Positions 1 through 10,360 are shown, numbered from the whole stretch's first letter. The stretch is DNA of 63,845 nucleotides, filler included, from Acidimicrobiia bacterium (GCA_041577335.1; 4 parts of 4 records of this genome joined end to end with filler, not necessarily neighbours in it), one strand, 5' to 3'. Notes: generated by a model not told the origin, from the letters alone. Made by a program: numbers and translations.

Positions 1-198
1 GGGAGGCCGATGGTCTCTCAAGTTCACGACCACGGCCTCGGAGGCTCGTGACGGCGGGGCGGGTTTCACCTCAGCAATTGCCCGCGCCCATGGCTGGGAA
101 GTATCCACCCCGCCACGTTACACGCACTCGGCTTCTCGCTCCGAGGGAGCAACGGCAGATGCACAATGCGATCTGATGGCTGGTTGAACGCTCCCGGA

Positions 199-1068
199 TT
201 ACGCCGTCGTCCCCTCGCTCATGCTTCCCCCCGGTTGGGTGAAGTGGCTTCCCTGGCTGGAGTACGTGGCCGGAAGATGCAAGAACTTGGAGTACGTTCT
301 GATCGTCCACGAGACGGGGCCACGGAAGAAGTAGGCCTCGGGAGTCGCCACCTGGTCGATTTCCTTCTTGTACTTCTCAGCGGTTCCTTTCGACAGATGG
401 AACTTGAGTTGATCGCTGTTCTCGAAGGTCTCGTGGATGATCAGGGCATCCTCGCCGACTACCTGGTAGGCCTCGAACCTGAGCAGACCTTTCTCGAGTG
501 AATAGGCGTCGGTGCCAACGCGCTGCCACCAGTACTTGAGATCGTCGAAATGAGTCGCATCGCCCGGTATGCACGACCACTTGGCGGTGACCATGATCGC
601 CGTCTCTTGATCGGGGCGTTTGTAGTCATCCTTGACGTACCCGAACAGGAGCTCTCCGAACGCGGCAGGCACGTTTTTGGCCAATACGGCCTCCCTCGAA
701 GCATCGGGGACGCTGACTCCGCGAATGAGGTGTAGCTGAGGCTTGGCGACCTTGGTGAGCGCCCCCATGTGCTGGGTGGCAGTCGTCGAGAAATAGTGAA
801 CGAGCGCGTCGGCGTCTTTGAAGACGTGGTGAACCAACACGGCGTCTTCGCCGACCGCGTGGTTGATTTCAGTCGAGAGCACCCCAGCATCACTCCGGGC
901 GCCGGCATGGATGTCTTCCCACTCCTTCAGCATCTCTTTCGACTCGGCAGTCTTCCTGAACCGCCCACCTTGCTTGGCGGGAACCCACTTGCCGGTGATG
1001 CTGATCTCCGGGCCAATCTTGGAAGGTTCGGCGAGGTAGGGCGGTAGGGGTTCTGCGCGCTGTGTCAT
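199..1068 (-). CDS. Protein with two tandem ABM/putative quinol monooxygenase-like (dimeric alpha-beta barrel) domains
   Basis: 3' part of ORF 199..1455; start chosen at ATG 1068 (MTQRAEP). Internal duplication: VGEDAVLVHHVFKDADAL vs VGEDALIIHETFENSDQL. Confidence 0.6.
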   Translation of the reverse strand: MTQRAEPLPPYLAEPSKIGPEISITGKWVPAKQGGRFRKTAESKEMLKEWEDIHAGARSDAGVLSTEINHAVGEDAVLVHHVFKDADALVHYFSTTATQHMGALTKVAKPQLHLIRGVSVPDASREAVLAKNVPAAFGELLFGYVKDDYKRPDQETAIMVTAKWSCIPGDATHFDDLKYWWQRVGTDAYSLEKGLLRFEAYQVVGEDALIIHETFENSDQLKFHLSKGTAEKYKKEIDQVATPEAYFFRGPVSWTIRTYSKFLHLPATYSSQGSHFTQPGGSMSEGTTA

Positions 1069-1123
1069 TGACTTCTGCCGGCGACGACCCGGCCGAGAGC
1101 AGTGGCGGTGCTCAGGGTGGGCA

Positions 1124-1606
1124 CTAGGAGGAACCGTCGTTCTGCTCTGCGTAGAAGGTCGCCATTCTGCGTTCCATCTCCTCTGGGCTGACGTCTTCGA
1201 CGTGGCGGCCGATGCCCCACGTGTGGCCAAACGGGTCGCGGATGCGCCCGCCCTCGTCTCCGTAGAACTGTGTCTCATACGGGAACACGACCTCGGCTCC
1301 GGCGTCGAGCGCTCTTTGCCACATTTCGGGTGCCTCCTCGGCGTAGACGAAGAGGGCCATCGTGGTGCCACCGAGGGAGGTGGGAGCCTGATTCGGCGCT
1401 CCCGGCCACTCGTCGGCCAGCATGATGACGGTCCCAGCAATGTCCAGCTCGGCATGGCCTATCAGACCGTCGGGTCCGGTCATACGCGGTTCGATTTCGG
1501 TGGCGCCGAATACCCGTTTGTAGAACTCGATGGCCTCGCTACAGGGAGTCGCAACCAAGGACACCGTTACTGCGCTCAGCCGATCGGGGATCGGTGATAC
1601 ATCCAT
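1124..1606 (-). CDS. VOC/glyoxalase (PhnB-like) family protein
   Basis: AIEFYKRVFGA, HAEL-I-G-VIMLADE and QFYGDEGGRIRDPFGHTW motifs; start at ATG 1606. Confidence 0.9.
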   Translation of the reverse strand: MDVSPIPDRLSAVTVSLVATPCSEAIEFYKRVFGATEIEPRMTGPDGLIGHAELDIAGTVIMLADEWPGAPNQAPTSLGGTTMALFVYAEEAPEMWQRALDAGAEVVFPYETQFYGDEGGRIRDPFGHTWGIGRHVEDVSPEEMERRMATFYAEQNDGSS

Positions 1607-1686
1607 CGAACTATGCTGCCTTTGATCGGCCGAGGCGTCAAGGCCACCGATAGCCAGAGCCCATCGGGAGCGTCCTCCGTCAGAGC

Positions 1687-1723
1687 AGGGCCGGTCGGCG
1701 GGTGATCTGGGTCCTCCGGCCCC
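1687..1723. promoter_or_regulatory. Tandem DosR/OsdR-like boxes upstream of ppdK
   Basis: AGGGCCGGTCGGCGGG (1687-1702) and TGGGTCCTCCGGCCCC (1708-1723) start 21 bp apart; the second fits GGGNCNNNNGNCCC exactly. Confidence 0.4.
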
Positions 1724-1782
1724 TGACGGGCGCCGCTCGGTGTCGCATCGTTCTTTCACCTGCAGTAGGAGTGCGCGTAAAA

Positions 1783-4488
1783 ATGTCCGAAACGAAATGG
1801 GTCTTTGGTTTCGACGAGGTCGACGCTGCCGAGCGATACGTCGGCGGTGAATGGGAGCCGGTCCGGGGTCTCCTCGGAGGCAAGGGTGCCAACCTCGGCG
1901 ACATGACGCGGCTCGGAGTCCCCGTGCCGCCCGGGTTCACGGTCACCACAGAGGCTTGCCTCGCCTACCTCGATGCGGATGAGCAATTCCCCGAAGGCGC
2001 TTGGGAGCAAATCGAAGGGGCCCTCGCCAACATCGAGTCGGCCACCGGAAAACGGTTCGGCGACGCCGCGAAGCCGCTGCTGGTGTCGGTCCGCTCGGGA
2101 GCCAAGTTCTCGATGCCGGGCATGATGGACACCGTCCTCAACATCGGCCTCAACGACGAGGTCGCCGAGGGCATGGTGGCCCTCACCGGTGACGAGCATT
2201 TTGTCTACGACTCGTATCGCCGGCTCATCCAGATGTTTGGATCTGTGGTGATCGGCCTCCGCGACGAGCTGTTCGAGCACGTGCTCGAGCGGGCTCGCGC
2301 CCGCCGAGGCGTCGAAACCGACGCCGAGCTGACCGTCGAGGACCTGCGCGGGGTTGTCGACGAGTTCCGCAGCATCGCCGTGCGCTTTCCCGACGATCCC
2401 GTCGAACAGCTACGGCTGGCCACCGAGGCCGTCTTCAAGTCGTGGAACGGCAAGCGGGCGATCGACTACCGCAACGCCGCCGGCATCGACCACAGCCTCG
2501 GCACCGCCGTGAACATCCAGACGATGGTGTTCGGGAACATGGGTGACGACTCGGCGACCGGGGTCGCCATGTCGCGCAATGCCACCAATGGCGAGAACGA
2601 GATCGAAGGCGATTTCCTTTTCAACGCCCAGGGAGAGGACGTCGTCGCCGGCATCCGGCCGACCAAGCGGATGGCCGACATGGCAAAGGGGATGCCCGAG
2701 CTCTACGCGGAGTTCGCCGGTATCGCCCAGAAGCTCGAGTCGCACTACCGCAACATGCAGGACATGGAGTTCACCGTGGAGCAGGGCAAGCTCTGGGTGC
2801 TCCAGACGCGCGACGGAAAGCGGACCGCTCAGGCGGCGGTGCGTATCGCCGTCGACATGACCGAGGAAGGCCTCATCGACCGCACCGAGGCGGTGATGCG
2901 CATCCATCCCGACCAGGTCGATTTCTTCCTCCATCCGCAGTTCAGCGCCGATGCCAAGCAGAGCGCGACGCACCTGGCGTCCGGGCTGAATGTGTCTCCG
3001 GGGGCCGCCGTCGGGGTCGTGGCTTTCGATGCCGACCTCGCCGAGGAGTGGGCCAAGGAAGGCGGGCGGGACGTGATCATGGTCCGGCCCGAAACCAAGC
3101 CGGACGATGTCCACGGCATGCTCGCCGCCAACGGCATCCTCACCAGTCGGGGCGGCCGCACCAGCCACGCCGCCCTTGTTGCCCGCCAGTTCGGCAAGCC
3201 GGCGGTGGTCGGCGTATCCGAATTGGACATCGACCTGGCGGCACGAACTATGACGGTCAACGGGACCGAGGTCGAGGAGGGCGACTGGATCTCGATCGAC
3301 GGGACCACGGGAGACGTCTACCTCGGCCAGCTCGACTCAATCGTTCCCGACATCGAGGATCCGTGGCTCATGAAGCTGCTCGAGTGGGCGGACGAGCTAC
3401 GGGACCTGGACGTGCGAGCCAATGCCGACTACCCGGCCGACGCCGAGCGAGCCAGAGCGTACGGCGCCCAGGGCATCGGGTTGACCCGCACCGAGCACAT
3501 GTTCTTCGAGAGTGAGCGGCTGCCAATCGTCCAGCAGATGATCATGGCCGAGTCGCCGGCAGAGCGCCGCGAAGCGCTGGAGGCGCTGCTCCCGTTGCAG
3601 CGGGCCGACTTCGATGGGCTGTTCCGGGCGATGGACGGCTTGCCGGTGATCATCCGGCTCATCGATCCGCCTCTCCACGAGTTCCTCCCCGAGCAGCGCG
3701 GGCTCACCCGCCTGCTGGCAGACCACAAGATCCGCCTGTCCCACGCCGGAACGCTCGATGAGATCGAGGAGCTGCTCGGCCAGGTCGAGGAAGAGGAGCA
3801 CATGCTCGCTCGCGTCGAGACGCTGCACGAGTCGAACCCGATGCTCGGGACCCGCGGCGTGCGACTGGGGATCATGCTGCCGGACCTCACACGGATGCAG
3901 GTCCGAGCGATCTTCGAGGCAGCCTGCGCTGTCGCTCGCGACGGGGTCGACGTGCGTCCCGAGGTGATGATCCCGCTCACGAGCCACGTGAACGAACTGG
4001 CCCGTCAGCGCGCTGCCCTCGAGGCCGAGGCGAAGGCGGTCATGGAGGAGGAGGGTATCGATGTCGCCTATATGTTCGGGACGATGATCGAGGTCCCCCG
4101 GGCGGCGCTGACCGCCGACGAGATCGCCGAGTATGCGGAGTTCTTCTCCTTCGGAACGAACGACCTCACTCAAACGACGTTCGGGATCAGTCGTGACGAC
4201 GCCGAGTCCGGTTTCCTCCTCACCTATCTGCAAGAAGGCATCCTCGACGACAATCCGTTTGCGACTTTGGATCGCGAGGGGGTGGGCAAGCTCATGAGCC
4301 AAGCCGCGACGGCCGGCCGGAGCGTGCGGCCGGGCCTCGAGGTTGGTATCTGTGGTGAGCACGGCGGAGATCCCCGCTCCATTGCCCTCTGCCACGAGAT
4401 GGGGCTCGACTACGTGTCGTGCTCGCCCTACCGGGTGCCCATCGCTCGACTGGCTGCCGCCCAGGCTGCCGTGAACTCCAAGGCATGA
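1783..4488 (+). CDS. ppdK: Pyruvate, phosphate dikinase
   Basis: LLGGKGANL, SVRSGAKFSMPGMMDT, GGRTSHAA (phospho-His), GTNDLTQ, GICGEHGGDP; AGGAG upstream of ATG 1783. Confidence 0.98.
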   Translation: MSETKWVFGFDEVDAAERYVGGEWEPVRGLLGGKGANLGDMTRLGVPVPPGFTVTTEACLAYLDADEQFPEGAWEQIEGALANIESATGKRFGDAAKPLLVSVRSGAKFSMPGMMDTVLNIGLNDEVAEGMVALTGDEHFVYDSYRRLIQMFGSVVIGLRDELFEHVLERARARRGVETDAELTVEDLRGVVDEFRSIAVRFPDDPVEQLRLATEAVFKSWNGKRAIDYRNAAGIDHSLGTAVNIQTMVFGNMGDDSATGVAMSRNATNGENEIEGDFLFNAQGEDVVAGIRPTKRMADMAKGMPELYAEFAGIAQKLESHYRNMQDMEFTVEQGKLWVLQTRDGKRTAQAAVRIAVDMTEEGLIDRTEAVMRIHPDQVDFFLHPQFSADAKQSATHLASGLNVSPGAAVGVVAFDADLAEEWAKEGGRDVIMVRPETKPDDVHGMLAANGILTSRGGRTSHAALVARQFGKPAVVGVSELDIDLAARTMTVNGTEVEEGDWISIDGTTGDVYLGQLDSIVPDIEDPWLMKLLEWADELRDLDVRANADYPADAERARAYGAQGIGLTRTEHMFFESERLPIVQQMIMAESPAERREALEALLPLQRADFDGLFRAMDGLPVIIRLIDPPLHEFLPEQRGLTRLLADHKIRLSHAGTLDEIEELLGQVEEEEHMLARVETLHESNPMLGTRGVRLGIMLPDLTRMQVRAIFEAACAVARDGVDVRPEVMIPLTSHVNELARQRAALEAEAKAVMEEEGIDVAYMFGTMIEVPRAALTADEIAEYAEFFSFGTNDLTQTTFGISRDDAESGFLLTYLQEGILDDNPFATLDREGVGKLMSQAATAGRSVRPGLEVGICGEHGGDPRSIALCHEMGLDYVSCSPYRVPIARLAAAQAAVNSKA

Positions 4489-4721
4489 ATACGGGAGCTG
4501 CGGGGACGCCTGGCGACTCGGTATCCGACAGGCAACCGCACGGAAACGGTGGGGCCGAGCGGTTGACTCGTCTTGGCATCGTCGCAGCGACCGTGGGTCA
4601 ACGCACCACTCTCTGTGGCGTGAAGGAGGGCCGGCCCTCTATATTTGTGCAGGTCGACGTGCAGGATTGAAGGGGCGGCTTTGGCATTCGAGCGGAAAAT
4701 GGGCGGGATCCCGCTGCGGCA

Positions 4722-6926
4722 ATGGATGTTCTGATGCGCCGTTCTCGCCTACTGAACACCGTTCTTGCGTTCGTCGCCGTGTCGATGGTCCTGGTGGTGG
4801 CGCCGGTCGCTGCGGAAGTCGAGGTCATCGACATCGACCGTGTGTCGGTCTCGTCCGCCGGGGCCCAAGGCGACAACGGCAGCTATACCCCGGGGATCTC
4901 GAGCGACGCGGCGATACTCACCTTCGACTCGGATGCCTCCAACTTGGTGGCCGGTGACACCAACGGAGCCTCCGATGTGTTCGTCTATGACGTGGCTAGC
5001 GGAGTCACCGAGCGGGTGTCGGTTTCCACTGGGGGCGCGCCGGGCAACGGCGACAGCTACTTTCCGGTGATCTCGGGCGATGGGACGACGATCGCCTACT
5101 TCTCCCTGGCCTCGACTCTGGTGGCCGGTGACACCAACGGCGAATCGGATGTCTTCGTTCATGACAGGAGCACCGGCGCCACTTCGCGGGTGTCGGTGGC
5201 CACCGCCGGAACCCAAGGCGACAGCGGCAGCTACGACCCGGCGCTCTCGGGCGATGGGGACGAGGTCGTCTTCGACTCGGAGGCCACGAATCTGGTGGCG
5301 GGTGACACCAACGACGTCTCAGACGTCTTCGTCCATGACGTGGGCACCGGCGCCACCGAGCGTGTGTCGGTCGCCACCGGTGGAACCCAAGCCGATAGCG
5401 ACAGCTTCGCTCCGGCCATATCCGGCGACGGGTCGACCGTCAGCTACTACTCATTTGCATCGAATCTGGTGGCGGGTGACACCAATGGCGAATCGGATGT
5501 CTTCATGTATGACCTGGACACCGGCGTCACATCGCTGGTGTCGGTGGCTTCCGACGGCAGCGGGGCCGACGCCGGCAGCTTTGACCCATCGCTTTCGGAC
5601 GATGGGAACATGATCGCCTTCGTCTCAGATGCCTCGAATCTGGTGGAGGGCGACACGAACGCCGTCTCCGACGTGTTCGTGTACGACGTCGTCGCCGATT
5701 CACTGTCACTGGTTTCGATTGCTTCCGACGGCAGTCAAGCCAACAACCACAGCTTTGCCCCGGTGATCTCGGGCGACGGAACAGCCGTCATCTTCGAATC
5801 GGATGCCTCGAATCTGGTGGTGGGCGACACCAATGCCGCTTCGGATTTGTTTGTACACGAATTGGCCTCCGGTGCAACGTCCCGGGTGTCGGTGGCGGCC
5901 GACGGCACCGAATCGGACAACGACAGCCTGGCGCCGGTGATATCCGGCGATGGCGCATTTGTCGCCTACTACTCGTTTGCCACCAATCTGGTCACGGGCG
6001 ACACCAATGCCGCCACCGACGTGTTCCTTTCCCGATTGAATCGTTCGCCCGTGGTCGAAGGCTCGACGATGACGGTTCCCGAGGACGCGCCGGTGGGAAC
6101 CGTCGTGGGCACGGTCACGGCATCGGATCCGGAAGGCGACCCCCTCAGCTACGCCATCACCGGCGGTGATCCAGACAGCTTGTTCACGGTCGCCGCCGAC
6201 GGAGTGGTCACCACCGCCGGGAGCCTCGACTACGAAACCACCAGCCAGCACGTGCTGACCGTGACCGTGTCCGACGGCTCGGTGTCCAGCCCGGCCACGG
6301 TGACGGTCAACGTCACCGACGTCGACGACACAGACCCGACGCCACCCGACCCCGACCCCCCACCTCCGACTCTTCCACCGTTGCCGCCGCCCGACCCGGA
6401 CTACAACCCGTTCGATGACGACGACGGTTCGGTGTTCGAGAACGACATCGAATGGCTGGCCCTGACGGGGATCACCTCGGGGTGCGGCACCCGCCTTTTC
6501 TGTCCGGCCGATAGCGTTTCCCGCGGGCAGATGGCCGCCTTTCTCACTCGGGCTCTCAGCCTCCCCGAAGCCACTCAGGACTACTTCACCGATGATGAGA
6601 AATCGATCTTCGAGGATGAAATCAATCGCCTTGCGCAGTCCGGTATCACCAGCGGATGCACTCCCACGACGTTCTGCCCGGGCAATCGGGTCACCCGAGC
6701 ACAGATGGCGGCATTCCTGGTGAGGGCTTTCGGCTACACGGACGATGGGGGAGGAGACCTCTTCGACGACGACAACAACTCGGTCTTCGAGTCGGATATC
6801 GACAAGCTCGCCGTGGCCGGCGTCACGCTGGGGTGCAATCCACCCATCAACAACAACTTCTGTCCGGGCAACGATGTCACTCGTGCCCAAATGGCCGCCT
6901 TTCTGAGGCGTGCGTTCGAAGGTTGA
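4722..6926 (+). CDS. Secreted surface protein: TolB/PD40-like beta-propeller + cadherin-like domain + Pro-rich linker + SLH domains
   Basis: N-terminal signal peptide, seven SNLVxGDTNxxSDVF repeats, cadherin motifs (ASDPEG, LDYE), PPPDP linker, three GC..FCP..V(S/T)RxQMAAFL SLH-type repeats. Confidence 0.85.
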   Translation: MDVLMRRSRLLNTVLAFVAVSMVLVVAPVAAEVEVIDIDRVSVSSAGAQGDNGSYTPGISSDAAILTFDSDASNLVAGDTNGASDVFVYDVASGVTERVSVSTGGAPGNGDSYFPVISGDGTTIAYFSLASTLVAGDTNGESDVFVHDRSTGATSRVSVATAGTQGDSGSYDPALSGDGDEVVFDSEATNLVAGDTNDVSDVFVHDVGTGATERVSVATGGTQADSDSFAPAISGDGSTVSYYSFASNLVAGDTNGESDVFMYDLDTGVTSLVSVASDGSGADAGSFDPSLSDDGNMIAFVSDASNLVEGDTNAVSDVFVYDVVADSLSLVSIASDGSQANNHSFAPVISGDGTAVIFESDASNLVVGDTNAASDLFVHELASGATSRVSVAADGTESDNDSLAPVISGDGAFVAYYSFATNLVTGDTNAATDVFLSRLNRSPVVEGSTMTVPEDAPVGTVVGTVTASDPEGDPLSYAITGGDPDSLFTVAADGVVTTAGSLDYETTSQHVLTVTVSDGSVSSPATVTVNVTDVDDTDPTPPDPDPPPPTLPPLPPPDPDYNPFDDDDGSVFENDIEWLALTGITSGCGTRLFCPADSVSRGQMAAFLTRALSLPEATQDYFTDDEKSIFEDEINRLAQSGITSGCTPTTFCPGNRVTRAQMAAFLVRAFGYTDDGGGDLFDDDNNSVFESDIDKLAVAGVTLGCNPPINNNFCPGNDVTRAQMAAFLRRAFEG
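4953..6030 (+). repeat. Seven intragenic 174-bp (58-aa) repeats
   Basis: GDTN codons begin at 4953, 5127, 5301, 5475, 5649, 5823 and 5997, an exact 174-bp period. Confidence 0.9.
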
Positions 6927-7059
6927 GGAGAACATCTGCCAAGCGAAGTTCAACTGGCACCTGCCTCGGTCATCGCGCAGTGGTGTGGCGGATTGTGACC
7001 ATTGACTCTTCCTAGAGGTGATCCTGACAGGCATCCTTCGGGAGACAGGAAGGGGGATT

Positions 7060-7557
7060 ATGACGACGCAGACGCCTGACCGCGTCGGGGCGGTTTTTGA
7101 GCCTCAGCGAACCCGTTGGGTGCCATGGGCGCTCCTGGTGGCCGTGTTGGCAATCGCCGGAGCAGGCCTGTGGCTGTTTCTGGGCGACGGAGGCTCACCA
7201 ATGGCAACCTTCGACGGTCAAACAGTGACCTACGAAGGTCCGACCACCTTCGACGCTGGAGAGGTGACGTTCACCTTCGACGCGAGCGCCCACGAGCCAG
7301 GAGTTGTATTTGTCCTCGGGAGGGTCACCGACGACGCCGTAACCATGGCCGATATGGAAGCCTGGGCCGAAGTCAACCCAGCCTCGGACATTCCGCCGTT
7401 CGTTGGAGCGTTCGAAACCGCGTGGGCGACAGACGATGACCGGATCGTCGAGAAGGCTTTCGATCTGGAGTCGGGGACCCGCTATTCCATTTGGGCGAAC
7501 ACTGCGCCTACGGACACAAACCGCGCTCACCCGGCCGTCATCATTGACGTGAGGTAA
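7060..7557 (+). CDS. Membrane-anchored hypothetical protein, possibly cupredoxin-like fold
   Basis: AGGGGG RBS before ATG 7060; one N-terminal hydrophobic helix, then a beta-rich domain (GEVTFTF, LESGTRY). Confidence 0.6.
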   Translation: MTTQTPDRVGAVFEPQRTRWVPWALLVAVLAIAGAGLWLFLGDGGSPMATFDGQTVTYEGPTTFDAGEVTFTFDASAHEPGVVFVLGRVTDDAVTMADMEAWAEVNPASDIPPFVGAFETAWATDDDRIVEKAFDLESGTRYSIWANTAPTDTNRAHPAVIIDVR

Positions 7558-7586
7558 TCAACACAGGTTGAGGCGGCGCCGCCGCT

Positions 7587-7892
7587 TCAGACGTCGAATC
7601 CGATGGCGGCGATCGGCGTGGCGGACGTCACCTGTGGCGGTGCGGCCATGAGGGGACCGAACGACGCCATGGCGGCCTTCATGGCGTCGCTCTGGCCGTG
7701 GTTCTGCATCGACTCCTCGTCGGACATCAGTGCGAAAAACGAGAAGGAGTTGCCCTCCCCGCGGTGATACGAGTAGATCTCGACGCCGGGCTCGCTGCGA
7801 GCCGCCTCCACCATCTGGGTGAGGACCGCCGCCATCTCGTCGCCTTTGCCGTCCTGGCACGTGATCGTGCCCATCATCGATACCTTGCCCAT
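7587..7892 (-). CDS. Putative quinol monooxygenase (ABM family)
   Basis: 101 aa with ARSEPGVEIYSYH and QNHGQSDAM; AAGGAGAG RBS upstream. Confidence 0.8.
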   Translation of the reverse strand: MGKVSMMGTITCQDGKGDEMAAVLTQMVEAARSEPGVEIYSYHRGEGNSFSFFALMSDEESMQNHGQSDAMKAAMASFGPLMAAPPQVTSATPIAAIGFDV

Positions 7893-8013
7893 GGTCGCTC
7901 TCCTTTGCGACCGTGGCCGCATCAACGTACGACATTGATAGCACGAACAAGCCCGGCCGCTCCGCGCAGTGCCTCGGCGCGGGCTCCTTCGTCCTTGATT
8001 TCTCGGCGTCGGA

Positions 8014-8040
8014 TGTCCTCGTTGGCACATTCCGTTCGTC
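8014..8040 (+). promoter_or_regulatory. Putative ECF42-type autoregulatory promoter
   Basis: TGTCCT-N17-CGTC upstream of yciI, resembling the TGTCGA...CG(A/T)C pattern of ECF42 promoters. Confidence 0.5.
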
Positions 8041-8086
8041 AGTAGGGTGAAAGCGGGAACGGCCCGCAACGAGCGAGGAGCTACTC

Positions 8087-8482
8087 ATGGGTCAATACTT
8101 ACTGTCGACTTACGCTGTGGAAGGCGATGTTCCCGAGGCGCCGGCTACACCGGAGGAGATGCAGGGCTTCATGGATCGAGTCATCGCTCTCGAAGCCGAG
8201 ATGGACGCTACGGACACTTTCGTGTTCGGCGGGCGGCTCCATGACCCCGCTGCTGCCACCGCGGTGCGAATCACCGATGGCGATGTCGTCTTGACGGATG
8301 GTCCATTCGTGGAGGCGAAAGAGCACATCGCCGGTTTCTACATTATCAACGCCGACGATCTCGATGCGGCATTGTTGTGGGCCGGCAAGGTTGTTGAGGC
8401 GATCAACCATCCGATCGAAGTGCGCCCTTTCGGAGGCACCGGGCGAGTCGTCGACCAGATGCAACAGATGCCGGGCTCTTAG
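8087..8482 (+). CDS. YciI/DGPF family protein
   Basis: [18 protein letters not shown] and IEVRP motifs; GAGGAG RBS. Confidence 0.92.
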   Translation: MGQYLLSTYAVEGDVPEAPATPEEMQGFMDRVIALEAEMDATDTFVFGGRLHDPAAATAVRITDGDVVLTDGPFVEAKEHIAGFYIINADDLDAALLWAGKVVEAINHPIEVRPFGGTGRVVDQMQQMPGS

Positions 8483-8489
8483 CGCGGCG

Positions 8490-9731
8490 ATGCGAAACGT
8501 CGCCGACCATCAGGGCTCGACCGACGTTGAGCACGTGTTCCGGGAGGTCTACGGCCAGGCGGTGGCCACTCTTGTCCATGTGTTCGGCGACATCAGTCTC
8601 GCCGAAGACGCGGTTCAGGACTCGTTCGTTGTGGCAACCGACCAGTGGCCGCGCCAGGGCGTTCCGCCCAACCCGGCGGGATGGATCATCACCACCGCCC
8701 GGAATCGTGCCATCGACGGCCTCCGGAGGGAGACCCGGGGCCGCGAGCTTCGTGAACAGCTCGGTGTGGGTGCGAGCGCGTCGAACGAACCTGACGCCGG
8801 CGGCTGGGAGAAGGACGGGCCGGTGAAGAACGATCAGCTGCGCCTCATCTTCACGTGCTGTCACCCGGCGCTGCGCACCGAGCACCAGGTGGCTTTGACC
8901 TTGCGGCTGCTCGGGGGGCTCAGCGTCGAGGAAGTGGCCCGCTCGTTCATGGTGAGCGAACCGGCAATGGCAAAGCGCCTCGTCAGGGCCAAGTACAAGA
9001 TCAAAGCCGCCAATATCCCGTATCGGGTTCCGACCGACGCCGACCTGCCAGAGCGGCTGCGCTCGGTCTTGTCGGTCGTCTATCTCATCTACAACACCGG
9101 CCTCGACGACTCAGAGCGTGCCGGCTTGCGTGGCGATGCCTTTCGTCTCGCTCGTGCGCTCGTCGAGCTGATGCCCGACGAGCCCGAAGCGGCGGGTCTG
9201 CTCGCATTGATGCTGCTGAGCGAGTCGCGAGTCCCGGCCCGCTTCGAAGGGGACCTCGTGCTCCTGGCTGATCAAGACCGCACCAAGTGGGACCGGGCAA
9301 TGATCGAGGAAGGCCATGCCATCGTCCGAGCGTGCATCCGTCGCGATCAACCAGGCAGGTTCCAACTCCAGGCGGCCATCCAAGCCGTGCACTGCAATGC
9401 CGACTCGTTCGAGGCTACCGACTGGGAACAGATTGTCACTCTCTACGATCACCTGCTCTCGCTCATGCCCACGCCAGTCGTTGCGCTCAATCGAGCGATC
9501 GCCGTCGGCGAAGTCGACGGTCCTGGCCGTGCGCTGACGGCTCTCGACGAAATCGCCGCCGAGCTCGACAGTTACCACCTGATGCATGCTGCTCGCGGCA
9601 CGATGTTGCGCCGGCTCGGCCAGCGGGACTCGGCGCTGGCCGCCTTTGAACGCGCTGCCGAGCTGGCAGTGACCGAACCCGACAAGAGATTTCTCACCCA
9701 ACAGATCGAAGGGCTGATCGAGGACCGCTGA
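8490..9731 (+). CDS. ECF sigma factor, ECF42 type (DUF6596/TPR C-terminal extension)
   Basis: [44 protein letters not shown]; directly follows a DGPF gene. Confidence 0.9.
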   Translation: MRNVADHQGSTDVEHVFREVYGQAVATLVHVFGDISLAEDAVQDSFVVATDQWPRQGVPPNPAGWIITTARNRAIDGLRRETRGRELREQLGVGASASNEPDAGGWEKDGPVKNDQLRLIFTCCHPALRTEHQVALTLRLLGGLSVEEVARSFMVSEPAMAKRLVRAKYKIKAANIPYRVPTDADLPERLRSVLSVVYLIYNTGLDDSERAGLRGDAFRLARALVELMPDEPEAAGLLALMLLSESRVPARFEGDLVLLADQDRTKWDRAMIEEGHAIVRACIRRDQPGRFQLQAAIQAVHCNADSFEATDWEQIVTLYDHLLSLMPTPVVALNRAIAVGEVDGPGRALTALDEIAAELDSYHLMHAARGTMLRRLGQRDSALAAFERAAELAVTEPDKRFLTQQIEGLIEDR

Positions 9732-9811
9732 GGACGGTGCCGAGACATATCGGGGCGGCTGCCATCGGCCGGTGAGTGCTCCCGTTGATCAGAGGAGGCT
9801 TGGCGGGGAGC

Positions 9812-10360
9812 CTAGGCAGGTCGTCGCCGCACTCTCGCAAGTACGACGGTGGCAGTGACAGCCATCACCGCCGCCAGCACATTGAAACCGATATCGACGG
9901 GGTCGAACACGCGACTCGGCATCACTGCCTGGATGACCTCGTCGAGCGTCCCGACGAGTGCCGTGACAAAAACGGCAAGCAGAGCGGGCCGCGGGACATG
10001 GCGACCATTGCTGGAGCGTTCCTTGAGCGCCTCAAACATGAGCACGGCTACCACGCTGTACTCGACCAAGTGGGTGCGCTCCTCGGGGATCGCCATCCGA
10101 AGGAACACCATGAGGTACACGGCGGCCACTCCCAAACCGACGCCGACAGCTGCCACGCTTGGCCGGGTCTTCAGCCCCAGCGCGGCGATGGACACCACAA
10201 TCACGATGAAGGCCAAGAAGAACGTTGTGTCGAGCAGGTCGCGATCGCGCAATGCCCCCGACACCGTTCGCGCCAGACCGAGGGTCGCGTAGATCGCTAC
10301 AACTACGGCAAGCGTCCAGAACCACAGACGCCGCTCCCGGGTGGAGGAGAAGATATCCAC
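9812..10360 (-). CDS. VanZ-like membrane protein
   Basis: Multi-TM; EERTHLVEY and DEVIQ..PSRVFDPVDI. Start (GTG 10360) uncertain. Confidence 0.75.
   Translation of the reverse strand: MDIFSSTRERRLWFWTLAVVVAIYATLGLARTVSGALRDRDLLDTTFFLAFIVIVVSIAALGLKTRPSVAAVGVGLGVAAVYLMVFLRMAIPEERTHLVEYSVVAVLMFEALKERSSNGRHVPRPALLAVFVTALVGTLDEVIQAVMPSRVFDPVDIGFNVLAAVMAVTATVVLARVRRRPA

Noticed and set aside
1..186. Histidine-kinase-like words (VHDHGLG; GGAGF..AIARAHG) in two plus frames
   Set aside because: Short, split across frames and at the window edge; cannot be distinguished from chance without BLASTX.
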